64,000 bases of DNA from Candidatus Latescibacterota bacterium (GTDB taxonomy: Bacteria > Latescibacterota > UBA2968). A model generated the notes under the pieces. The model worked only from the letters and a program-made list of their open reading frames with translations, was not told the origin of the DNA and made no database searches. The DNA is taken from the NCBI GenBank assembly GCA_965205975.1, contig OZ242195.1, forward strand, positions 1,504,001 to 1,568,000, written 5' to 3'. The stretch's first letter is position 1; every line of letters begins with the position of its first letter. A program made the translations under genes and the position numbers. Shown one piece after another: positions 28,181 through 37,122 of this stretch.

Positions 28181-29468
28181 ATTTTATCTCATCCAAACGC
28201 GCGCGAAACCCAGGCAAAAGAGCCGTTACCAGTGCAGTTGTAACCAGGGCGACACTGGTGTGTAAGCCGAGGGCGATAGGCGCGCCATAGACTTCGGTAA
28301 GTTTGCCGATTTGCAGGCTACCAAGTGGTCCCGCGCCAATGGCGAGGACGAGAGTACCCATTGCGCGGTCTCTCATATCATCGCGGGCAGCGATAAGCAT
28401 AATCGAGCTTTGCATCACACTGAAAAACGCGTGGCCCAGGCCGGCGAGTATGAGGAGAAAGATGGCGAGCGGAAAGGCAACCGGCGTGCCGAACAGGGTG
28501 AGCGCACCAACCCAGGACGTGCTAAAGGCAAAAACAAACAGTGCGAGGGACTGAAAAATCGATCCAATGGAAAATATCCAGCCGCGGCTGAGGCGCGATC
28601 GCAACACGCTGACCGCGTAAAGGCCGAAAAATGCACCAATACCATTGCACGCGCCCAATATGCCGAATTCGAGCGGACCTTTGTGGAGAATATCGTGTGT
28701 AAAAATGGGCAGTATGGTCTGGTAGGGAAACGCCAAAAAATTCATGATCACAGTAATGAGCAACGTCCCCATAATCGGTTGGCTGGTGCGTATGTATTGC
28801 AAGCCTTCGCGCATCAGCGTCCACGGAGAGGTTTTGAGAATCGCGGGATGACGCGGTACTTTGACGCGCAGCATGATCAGGAATGAGATAAGGGAAATAA
28901 AAAAAATAGCGATATAACAGTCCTGTACGCCAAATAGAGCGTAAATATATCCACTTAAAAAAGGACCGATCACGCGAGCGATATTCTGGGTAAAGCTTTC
29001 GAGCATCATCGCTTCAACCGTGCGCTGCTTGCCGACCAGATCGGGTACCAGAGCACGGCGAGCAGTCCAGTTGAGAGACCACGAGAGGCCAAATAGCACT
29101 GCGGCGATCGCAAGATGCCAGAACGCCAGGCGATTGGTCCAGATCAGCAGGCCAATGGTTGCGAGGACCAGTACGCTGAGCCACTGCGAGAGAATTACGA
29201 TGCGAACGCGCCCAACGCTATTGATCACCGGCCCGGCGATAAAACCGACGAGCAACAGGGGAATAGATCGGTAAAAGCCAATCAGTCCGACGGCAAACGC
29301 AGAGTGGGTAATCTCAAAAACGAGCCATCCCACGACAATCATTTCCATCCACATGGCCTGCCACCAGAGCATATTGCTCAGGATCAGGTAGCGAAAACCG
29401 CGGTTACCCAGGGGAGCAAGGGATCCTCGAAAGGAGATGACAAATTTTCCCGTTCTTCTAATGCGCAT
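28179..29468 (-). CDS. MFS transporter (MFS_3/EntS-like)
   Basis: About 12 TM helices, FRYL...WLVFEITHS, ARRALVPDLVG and DDMRDRAMG. Confidence 0.9.
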   Translation of the reverse strand: MRIRRTGKFVISFRGSLAPLGNRGFRYLILSNMLWWQAMWMEMIVVGWLVFEITHSAFAVGLIGFYRSIPLLLVGFIAGPVINSVGRVRIVILSQWLSVLVLATIGLLIWTNRLAFWHLAIAAVLFGLSWSLNWTARRALVPDLVGKQRTVEAMMLESFTQNIARVIGPFLSGYIYALFGVQDCYIAIFFISLISFLIMLRVKVPRHPAILKTSPWTLMREGLQYIRTSQPIMGTLLITVIMNFLAFPYQTILPIFTHDILHKGPLEFGILGACNGIGAFFGLYAVSVLRSRLSRGWIFSIGSIFQSLALFVFAFSTSWVGALTLFGTPVAFPLAIFLLILAGLGHAFFSVMQSSIMLIAARDDMRDRAMGTLVLAIGAGPLGSLQIGKLTEVYGAPIALGLHTSVALVTTALVTALLPGFRARLDEIK

Positions 29469-29544
29469 GGTCGAGTTTCAAACCCCAAATAATCCAACCC
29501 TCAAAGCGCGAAGGATATCATCTATCGCGATAGCCTCTACTCTT

Positions 29545-30117
29545 TTACCGCCCAATTTCGAAATCGCGCGCCACCGCCCGTGCCATCGCCACGAGAACAT
29601 CGTTGCCGATGCGCTCGCGATAATTGGGATTAATATATTGAAATTGGATCTTGCGATTGGGTGCAATCACAAAGAGCGATGGTACGGGCAAAGAGCGTTT
29701 TCTGTTATTCATAAACGCAACGCCATAAGCCTTTGCTGCCTCAAATTCCACATCCGATAACAGTGAAAAATCGAGCCCCACGCGATCGCGCACCTCAGCC
29801 AACTTTTCAGGCGGATCGGGTGCAATAGCAATAATTTCAAAACCCACCCCATCCAACTGTGACTTCAGTTCTTGCAGTTGTCCCAACTGCCGCCGGCAAT
29901 GCGGTCACCAGTATCCGCGATAAAAAATCAAAATCGTCGGTTTTTTGTGCGCGCCCAGATCAAAATCCCGTCCATTCGCATCGACGAGTGTCAGCGCGGG
30001 AACTTCATCGCCAACCATCAGGGGACGCACTTTATTGGGCGCATCGGGCAATTGCGCGTGCCCCCATCCCAAAGTACCAAACACCACCAGCAACGCGATC
30101 CAGATTATTTTCTTCAT
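29545..30117 (-). CDS. Exported AhpC/TSA (peroxiredoxin-like) selenoprotein, UxxC, 190 aa
   Basis: ORFs 29905-30117 and 29545-29886 are in frame and separated only by TGA in FYRGYW-TGA-PHCRRQL. Has a signal peptide, IAIAPD, LLSD and VPSLFVI. Confidence 0.85.
29874..29890 (-). promoter_or_regulatory. Bacterial SECIS-like hairpin
   Basis: GCAGTTG-GGA-CAACTGC perfect stem with a G-containing loop, starting 14 nt after the UGA. Confidence 0.7.
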
Positions 30118-30147
30118 AAAAATCTCCTCTGTATTAAATAACGAACA

Positions 30148-31617
30148 TTACAATGAGAGAATCTTCCCGATCTTCCCCGGCTGTGCCCAGTTGCATTTCC
30201 CCTCTCCATTGAGTTGTCTCAACAAAGCGGGAATACCCGGATGTTGAAGCGCAGAACAAATTCGCCTAGCATCAGCCTCATCCCAACAAGGGATAAACGC
30301 CTGCATCGCTTGATTCGCCTGCCACACCTCTCCTTCCACACTGTTTAAGATGATGGGATGGAAGTCGCTCTTACCATAAGCCTCCCAGATAACCTTGTAG
30401 GGCGCAAAAGAATACGGACCAACGCCGAGCAACGACCACCAGACGCCTTTGGCAATAGCAGATCGGATCAAGGTACCTCTCCGACCTTCCAGTTTGTCTC
30501 TAACCTCAATGAGATATTGTCTGAGTTCGGCATATTGCTCAATGGTCGCCCACGAAAGCGGTCGTCCTGTATTTCTATTGTATGGAAGCAGAACCCATTT
30601 ATGTGGAGCCACGTCTCCATTCTTCCAGATCTCCTTTGTCGCAAGCGGAAAGAGAAATTCCCTGGGTAGATGCGTTGGTTTATCCTCGAACATGAAAATC
30701 GCATTTGCCCCGCAAGTATTCACACCCTGGCGCGGTTTCTGATCAGAAGATAGTTCGACTTTGATGGAGTCAAGATCAGTAGTATCCCCGCGCTGAAGAA
30801 CGCGCCACTGATCATCAGAGACCTTTAGAGGAACCGCACGGTGTTCAATCCACTCCCCTCCCCGCTCTCTGAAATACCTGACGGGGAATTTATGCGGCAC
30901 ATCCAGGCGAAACCTGGCGCAGCAATAAGATGTACCCACCCCTTCAAACACCTCTGTCGCAGTAAATTCACAGACTTCATCTACCTCAAATCTCCGACCA
31001 TTGGCAACATAGTCTCTGAACCCTTTGTGGGCATCACCACCTGAAAAAAGAGAAAGTGGGAGAAAGAAACACCCTATCCCATTCCCGCGCAGCAATTTGC
31101 CCAGCACGACCTTCAATACCAGAGCCGCTATATCGGTGCGCGAGGAACCGAGAAGAACCTGTTTCTTATCCGGAACCAGACCTTCTGCTACAAAATAAGG
31201 TTTGAGTCTATCCTTATATAAATTGGGCAAATCCGTGAAATTTGCCCACGGCGGATTGCCAAACAGGATATCGTACTCAGTATTCGGGGGATCTGTAATC
31301 ACATCTAAAGCGAGAAGCTGAGACGAAGGAAAATCAATCGCGAATTCCTGACGCGCTTTGCGCTGGAACACATGGAGATGTGACGCATGCATTTCGATCA
31401 AAGTCAGCCGCGAAAGAAGCTCTGGGGACACCCGAAAACCTCTCGATCTGGCGAGACGGAACAGCGCGAGCGCGAAAGCCCCCTGTCCCGCAGTCGGGTC
31501 ACAAACAGACGCCCCATCAATCCATGCATCGAAAATACCCCATCGGTCGATAAGCCATTCTGCCCATTTAATCGGAGTAAAAACCTGTCCCACCTCAACA
31601 CTCTGGAAATCGTCCAT
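30148..31617 (-). CDS. N6-adenine DNA methyltransferase (gamma-class motif order), orphan
   Basis: GQVFTP, motif I CDPTAGQGAF, motif IV GNPPW and a C-terminal TRD-like region. Confidence 0.85.
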   Translation of the reverse strand: MDDFQSVEVGQVFTPIKWAEWLIDRWGIFDAWIDGASVCDPTAGQGAFALALFRLARSRGFRVSPELLSRLTLIEMHASHLHVFQRKARQEFAIDFPSSQLLALDVITDPPNTEYDILFGNPPWANFTDLPNLYKDRLKPYFVAEGLVPDKKQVLLGSSRTDIAALVLKVVLGKLLRGNGIGCFFLPLSLFSGGDAHKGFRDYVANGRRFEVDEVCEFTATEVFEGVGTSYCCARFRLDVPHKFPVRYFRERGGEWIEHRAVPLKVSDDQWRVLQRGDTTDLDSIKVELSSDQKPRQGVNTCGANAIFMFEDKPTHLPREFLFPLATKEIWKNGDVAPHKWVLLPYNRNTGRPLSWATIEQYAELRQYLIEVRDKLEGRRGTLIRSAIAKGVWWSLLGVGPYSFAPYKVIWEAYGKSDFHPIILNSVEGEVWQANQAMQAFIPCWDEADARRICSALQHPGIPALLRQLNGEGKCNWAQPGKIGKILSL

Positions 31618-31781
31618 AAAATTCTTCTCAATTAATTCCAGCGCAGTTAGTTATATAAATCATATAATGAATTTTATTCAGCGCAACCAGATACTGATTT
31701 CGGATCTGTTTCTCCCCTATTCAAACCGAGACCCACTCACATATCGCATTTATACACATTTGTTTGTTAAAATTCGATCCG

Positions 31782-31810
31782 ATTATACCCGCCTGACAAA
31801 CACCTGTCAA
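31782..31810 (-). promoter_or_regulatory. Perfect-consensus sigma70 promoter facing the MTase
   Basis: Minus strand TTGACA-N17-TATAAT. A TGACA-N6-TGTCA inverted repeat overlaps the -35 box. Confidence 0.8.
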
Positions 31811-31865
31811 CCGATTTGTGTCAATAAGACGCGTGAATATCCCATTGGTTATTTTTAGTCCGTTC

Positions 31866-31912
31866 AAAAAAGACAGCACTGGGAAAATTGCCAGTGCCGC
31901 TCTTTCATTTTT
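31866..31912. terminator. Terminator-like hairpin between divergent genes
   Basis: A-tract, GCACTGG...CCAGTGC stem, then a T-rich tract. Confidence 0.5.
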
Positions 31913-31969
31913 TAGATTATATTTTGTCTGTTAGTTTAACAAAATATTAAGAGAAAAGGAGATATTGGA

Positions 31970-32437
31970 ATGCAGCAGAAATTCATGGGCAGAGCCATAG
32001 AACTCTCCCGGATTCATATGAGGGCGGGAGAAGGCGGTCCATTCGGTGCGGTTATCGTCAAAGATGGAAGAATTATTTCGGAGGGGTATAATGAGGTGCT
32101 CTCCAGCAAAGACCCCACAGCCCACGCGGAGATCATGGCCATCAGAAAGGCTACATTCAAGCTCGACACCTTCCACCTCCAGGGATGCGAAATCTACACC
32201 AGTTGCGAACCCTGCCCTATGTGTCTCGCCGCCATCTACTGGGCCAGAATCGAGAAAATTTATTTTGCCAATACCGCTGAAGACGCCAGAAATATCGGCT
32301 TCGACGACCAATTCTTTTACCAGGAATTGCAAATGCCGCGAGCCAAACGTCAAATCCCCTCCCAGCAGTTGCTGCGCGATCAGGCATTAGCGGTCTTCAA
32401 TGAGTGGCAGGAAAAGGTGGATCGCATTGAATACTAA
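31970..32437 (+). CDS. guaD: Guanine/nucleoside deaminase (cytidine-deaminase fold)
   Basis: GGPFGA, DPTAHAEI, SCEPCPMCL.AIYWA and GFDD. Confidence 0.85.
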   Translation: MQQKFMGRAIELSRIHMRAGEGGPFGAVIVKDGRIISEGYNEVLSSKDPTAHAEIMAIRKATFKLDTFHLQGCEIYTSCEPCPMCLAAIYWARIEKIYFANTAEDARNIGFDDQFFYQELQMPRAKRQIPSQQLLRDQALAVFNEWQEKVDRIEY

Positions 32438-32529
32438 GGCGACTTGAGGACTTTACACTTTCCTTCAAAAGCGATACCTTAAGCGAGAAACGGATGAGCA
32501 GAACGGACTGACCACTAACAATTCACCAC

Positions 32530-33627
32530 ATGAACGACCTTACAATCTATTTCACCACAAGCCTTTGTGCTGTGTACATCACGCTGATCGCCATTTTTTT
32601 ATTCGGTCTTTTTCGCAGATCGCGGCAAGTAAATGGACGGTGTCTATCTGTTTCCGTTATTGTGCCGGCTCGCAATGAAGCCGCCAACATCGATGCGTGT
32701 TTGCGGGCATTGGCCACACAGACCTATCCTGACGACCATCTGGAAATTATCGTTGTAGATGACCGCTCCACCGACAATACCGCCGCTCGAATCGACAAAT
32801 GGACGCGCTGTTTACCCAACCTGAGTCGCGTATCTGTCACACAGCAGGACTATATTTGCCCCAAAAAAAACGCCCTGTGGCAGGGCATCAAACACGCGCG
32901 TGGAGATATTATTTTTACAACAGACGCCGATTGTCGGCCCGGTCCCAATTGGATTGTGTCAAACCTCGCGCACTTTGCGCCCAACATCGGCATGGTCATC
33001 GGCCACGCCCCCCTCTTGAAAAGCGAAAAAGCCCTATCGGGCCTGCTATCTCTCCAGGCACTCATTGTCTCAACTCTCGCAGCGGGCAGCGCGGGCATTG
33101 GATTTCCGCTCACCTGTTCGGGGCGCAACATGGCTTATCGCAGAAAAGCCTTTGATGAGGTCAACGGTTTTAACAACGTCGGGCATATCATTGGCGGTGA
33201 CGATGTATTGCTCATGCGCCAATTCGCGCAAAAAAGCGCGTGGAAAATTCGGTTCAACACAGACGCCGATGCATTTGTCCCCTCAGCGTCTCACCCGGAC
33301 AATCTTATCAATCGACAGGTGCGCTACCAATCCAAAACCATTCACTACGGCATTCCCACCTTGATTCTGGCTCTTGCGGTGTATATATTCCATGCCATTC
33401 TGGCGACGCTGCCCATTTTGTTCTGGGTCAACGCCGAATTATTTTATGTGGTCGGCTCTTGCCTGGGGATCAAAATAATCGCCGATGCCATTTTTTTGCT
33501 CTTCGGCAGTATCCAATTCAAAAACCTGAAATTGCTCCTGTGGTTTCCAGTTCTCGAAATCCTGATCATACCCTATATTGTCATCTTATGCGCGCTCGGC
33601 ACATTTTCACCGTTCAAATGGAAATAA
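32530..33627 (+). CDS. GT2 glycosyltransferase (membrane)
   Basis: PARNE, VDDRSTD, TDAD, GDD and RQVRY motifs with TM helices at both ends. Confidence 0.9.
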   Translation: MNDLTIYFTTSLCAVYITLIAIFLFGLFRRSRQVNGRCLSVSVIVPARNEAANIDACLRALATQTYPDDHLEIIVVDDRSTDNTAARIDKWTRCLPNLSRVSVTQQDYICPKKNALWQGIKHARGDIIFTTDADCRPGPNWIVSNLAHFAPNIGMVIGHAPLLKSEKALSGLLSLQALIVSTLAAGSAGIGFPLTCSGRNMAYRRKAFDEVNGFNNVGHIIGGDDVLLMRQFAQKSAWKIRFNTDADAFVPSASHPDNLINRQVRYQSKTIHYGIPTLILALAVYIFHAILATLPILFWVNAELFYVVGSCLGIKIIADAIFLLFGSIQFKNLKLLLWFPVLEILIIPYIVILCALGTFSPFKWK

Positions 33628-33628
33628 T

Positions 33629-34687
33629 ATGTTATCAATCAAACTCCTGCCCGAAACCTTCATGCGATACCATCGCGCAATCACGCTCCGGCGGCTATGG
33701 AATGCCTCAAAAGTGGTTGCCTCCTACACCCTCTCCAATCTGTTTCGTCGGGATATTCGCATGGGCAAACCCTTTGTGCTCATGGTCGAACCCACCAATT
33801 TCTGCAATCTCAAATGTCCGCTCTGTCCCTCTGGCAATGGCGACATGACCCGCGAGCGCGGCATTATGCCGTTTGAACACTTCAAACATGTCTTCGAACA
33901 ACAGGCCGATCATCTCCTGCTCCTCATGTTGTGGAATCAGGGTGAACCCTTTATCAATAAGCATCTCACCGACATGATTCGATTGGCCTCCGCGCACAAT
34001 GTCCCCACACTGACCAGTACCAATGTCCACTACATTAAAAACCTGGAAACCGCCCGAGACATCGTCGATTCCGGCCTTTCCGAACTCGTGGTCTCTCTGG
34101 ACGGCGTCACATCCGAAAGCTATGTCAAATACCGCGTAGGCGGCAATTTTGATCGCGTGCTCGAGGGCATCCGTCTCCTTGTTCAGGCCAAAAGCGACCT
34201 GCAAAGCAGCTATCCCCTGATCCACCTGCAATTTATAATTATGAAACACAACGAACACGAAATTGAAGCCGCGCGCAAATTCGCTCGGGAGTTAGGCGTA
34301 GATCGCCTCTCGCTCAAAACAGCCCAGGTTTATACCGAATCCGATGCGGAGGCCTTCTTGCCTTCTGAAGAGAAATTCAGCCGCTACGATTACAATGCAG
34401 ACCATCTTTCTACCAAAAGCAAAATCAGCAACACCTGTCGCCACCTGTGGTACAGCACCGTCATCAATTGGGATGGCGCGGTGTCGCCCTGCTGCTTTGA
34501 CAAAGATGTTCACTACGGACTCGGCGACGCCCTCAATGAATCGGACTTCGACCAGATCTGGACCGGTCAAAAATACAAGGACTTCAGAAACGCCATCCTC
34601 AAAGACCGCAAATCTGTACCAATATGCAACAACTGTTCAGAAGGCGTGAAGGGAATGTTTTACGATATAGAAAAAGTCGAGCACTGA
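33629..34687 (+). CDS. Radical SAM/SPASM-twitch protein
   Basis: CNLKCPLC, QGEP and C..LW...WDG.V.PCC...CNNC. Confidence 0.92.
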   Translation: MLSIKLLPETFMRYHRAITLRRLWNASKVVASYTLSNLFRRDIRMGKPFVLMVEPTNFCNLKCPLCPSGNGDMTRERGIMPFEHFKHVFEQQADHLLLLMLWNQGEPFINKHLTDMIRLASAHNVPTLTSTNVHYIKNLETARDIVDSGLSELVVSLDGVTSESYVKYRVGGNFDRVLEGIRLLVQAKSDLQSSYPLIHLQFIIMKHNEHEIEAARKFARELGVDRLSLKTAQVYTESDAEAFLPSEEKFSRYDYNADHLSTKSKISNTCRHLWYSTVINWDGAVSPCCFDKDVHYGLGDALNESDFDQIWTGQKYKDFRNAILKDRKSVPICNNCSEGVKGMFYDIEKVEH

Positions 34688-34775
34688 GGAATTAAAAATT
34701 AAGAATGGTTTGGCGGTGTAATCACTTCACAGCCCCTCTTTTTCATCTGCGTCCATCTGCGGATCACACTTCTAA

Positions 34776-35891
34776 ATGGATATTATCCTTCACTTATTGC
34801 TGCTCTTTACAGTCCTCTACGCCCTCGTCGCACTGTGTTTTTTTTTCGGCTTATTCCGCCTGAACAATCAGCCGCGCACCACTGAAACGCCATTTATATC
34901 CATTGTTATTGCCGCGCGCAATGAAGCGGATTATATCGGTCTGTGCCTCAATTCCCTGAAACAACAGACCTATCCATCTGACCGTTTTGAAATCCTCGTC
35001 GTTGACGACGACTCGACAGATAACACATCCGAAATTGTCGCCTCCACGCGCCTGGACAACCACCACCTTTTATCTGTCGATAACAGCTTTCCAGAAATGG
35101 TGGCAAAAAAACGACCGATGTCCGTTGGTATTCACCGTGCCAGGGGGGAATGGATCCTCACCACCGATGCCGACTGCACAGTGCCACCCACCTGGATCGC
35201 CAGCATGGCGTCTTATATGGCGGCTGATACTGGCGTTGTCATAGGATTTTCGCAACTTACATCGCGCTCGTTTTTTGATCGATTGCAGGCTTATGATTTT
35301 CTCACCCTCATGGCCGCAGCTGCCGGTGCGGCTGGGACAGGTATCCCCCTGGCTGCTTCGGGACAAAATTTCGCCTATCGCAAATGTCTTTTTGAAAAAG
35401 TCGGCGGTTTCCGCGCCATAGCACACCGCCCATCTGGCGACGATGTGCTATTGCTCCAATTGCTGCGCCGGGCATGGGATGGACGCATCGCGTTTGCCGC
35501 TGATCCTGACGCTTATGCAACCACCCATCGCCCAGAAACCCCATTATCGCTGTGGCAACAACGCAAGCGATGGGCATCTAATGCTGCGTATCAACTGCGT
35601 CTCAACCCCGTTTTTTTTTCCTATATTGCCGTGGTCTTTTTGACCAACGCGCTCATTCCCATTGCTTTTCTCATCTCAATAACAGACGGCACATACACCC
35701 TGCCCCTGATCTGCTGGGGCGCGAAAATACTGGTAGATCTGCTCGTGGCGGGAAAAGGCGTTTACACCTTCAAACGCACGAATCTGCTCATCATGTTTCC
35801 ACTTTGGGAGATCGTACAAATCCCCTACACCATTCTCATCGGCCTCGCGGGAACCCTGCGCGGATTTACGTGGAAAGGCCGAGATCATTGA
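34776..35891 (+). CDS. GT2 glycosyltransferase (membrane), paralog of 32530-33627
   Basis: AARNE, VDDDSTD, TDAD, GDD and QRKRW. Confidence 0.9.
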   Translation: MDIILHLLLLFTVLYALVALCFFFGLFRLNNQPRTTETPFISIVIAARNEADYIGLCLNSLKQQTYPSDRFEILVVDDDSTDNTSEIVASTRLDNHHLLSVDNSFPEMVAKKRPMSVGIHRARGEWILTTDADCTVPPTWIASMASYMAADTGVVIGFSQLTSRSFFDRLQAYDFLTLMAAAAGAAGTGIPLAASGQNFAYRKCLFEKVGGFRAIAHRPSGDDVLLLQLLRRAWDGRIAFAADPDAYATTHRPETPLSLWQQRKRWASNAAYQLRLNPVFFSYIAVVFLTNALIPIAFLISITDGTYTLPLICWGAKILVDLLVAGKGVYTFKRTNLLIMFPLWEIVQIPYTILIGLAGTLRGFTWKGRDH

Positions 35892-35892
35892 T

Positions 35893-37050
35893 ATGAGGTA
35901 TCTCATGACTACCAAAATCCTATTCTCCCTCCTCAGCCTGCTGCTCGCAATGCCATCCTATGCCCAGCGGCCACGCGCCCGGGATCTCGGCATTCAGATT
36001 GGCACATTGCCCACAGGCACATACAACGCCATTACCGATGTCAAAGGCGTTCTCGTCGGTCACGTCACCTTAATCGAAGGCAGTGGCGAACTCGTCGTGG
36101 GCAAAGGACCCGTGCGAACGGGTGTCACAGCTATTGTCCCGCACGGCGAAGATATCTATCGAAATAATATATTCGCCGCTGCCGAAGCTCTCAATGGCAA
36201 CGGTGAAATGACGGGGATGGCCTGGATTAATGAACGCGGACAACTCGAAGTGCCCGTTGTACTTACGAATACGCTCTCTGTGGGAGAAGGCTATAGCGGC
36301 GTGGTCGAATACATGCTCAAGCAGGGCACCGGACGGGTCCCTCTGCCTGTAGTCGCCGAATGTTATGACGGCGGCCTCAACGATATAGCCGGACGACACG
36401 TCACAGTCGATCACGTTGTCGAAGCCATTGAAACCGCCACGGATGGTGCAGTGCCCGAAGGCTCGGTTGGCGCGGGCACGGGCATGCGCTCGTATGGATT
36501 CAAAGCGGGCATCGGCACAGCCTCGCGCGTTGTCCCAGACGGACATACCGTAGGCGTGCTCGTCAATGCCAACTGTGGGCGCAGGCGGGAACTCCTCATT
36601 GCCGGCGTTCCCGCAGGACGCGAATTACCCGTTCAGACTTCGCCAACGCGCGATGGCTCGATCATTGTAGTCATAGCTACCGACGCGCCCCTGGTGCCGC
36701 ATCAATTGCGCCGCCTGTGCAAACGCGCTGCCATAGGCATTGGTCGCACGGGCACGGTTTCCCGCACCAGCAGTGGGGATTTTGCCCTTGCCTTTTCAAC
36801 CGCCTACCGCGTGCCTCGCACCCGCGCAGACCGCGATACAATTACCACCCTCCGCGATGGCCGGCTAAACGCCATCTTCCAGGCCACCATTGAAGCTACC
36901 GAAGAAGCCATTGTCAACGCCATGTGCGTGGCAGAACCCATGACGGGCCGAGATAATCGCACAATGCCCGCTTTACCACATGACAAATTGGTCGAGATAC
37001 TCAAAAAATATGGTCGGATGAATCAACACAACGATGTACAACAGCGGTAG
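35893..37050 (+). CDS. P1/DmpA-family aminopeptidase
   Basis: NAITDV.GV.VGH, RTGVT, NGNGE, GAGTGM, KAGIGTASR and the autoprocessing site GSII. Confidence 0.92.
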   Translation: MRYLMTTKILFSLLSLLLAMPSYAQRPRARDLGIQIGTLPTGTYNAITDVKGVLVGHVTLIEGSGELVVGKGPVRTGVTAIVPHGEDIYRNNIFAAAEALNGNGEMTGMAWINERGQLEVPVVLTNTLSVGEGYSGVVEYMLKQGTGRVPLPVVAECYDGGLNDIAGRHVTVDHVVEAIETATDGAVPEGSVGAGTGMRSYGFKAGIGTASRVVPDGHTVGVLVNANCGRRRELLIAGVPAGRELPVQTSPTRDGSIIVVIATDAPLVPHQLRRLCKRAAIGIGRTGTVSRTSSGDFALAFSTAYRVPRTRADRDTITTLRDGRLNAIFQATIEATEEAIVNAMCVAEPMTGRDNRTMPALPHDKLVEILKKYGRMNQHNDVQQR

Positions 37051-37076
37051 TAGTTCATGCTAATATCTGAACGTTT

Positions 37077-37111
37077 ATCCTGAAAATCCTTTCATCCTAA
37101 AAATCCTGATC
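37077..37111. repeat. ATCCT-periodic intergenic repeat
   Basis: ATCCTGAAAATCCTTTCATCCTAAAAATCCTGATC, with a related tract near 2675-2693. Confidence 0.5.
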
Positions 37112-37122
37112 CGAGGTGCTCT

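Noticed and set aside
29545..30117. Two separate small genes or a pseudogene
   Set aside because: Both parts are in the same frame, the TGA is at the catalytic Cys position and a SECIS-like hairpin follows, which favours one selenoprotein.
31820..31912. Purine riboswitch upstream of the guanine deaminase
   Set aside because: Only a short CGCGTGAATAT resemblance. There is no P2/P3 pairing or TTTCTACC core. An Rfam/Infernal search would be decisive.
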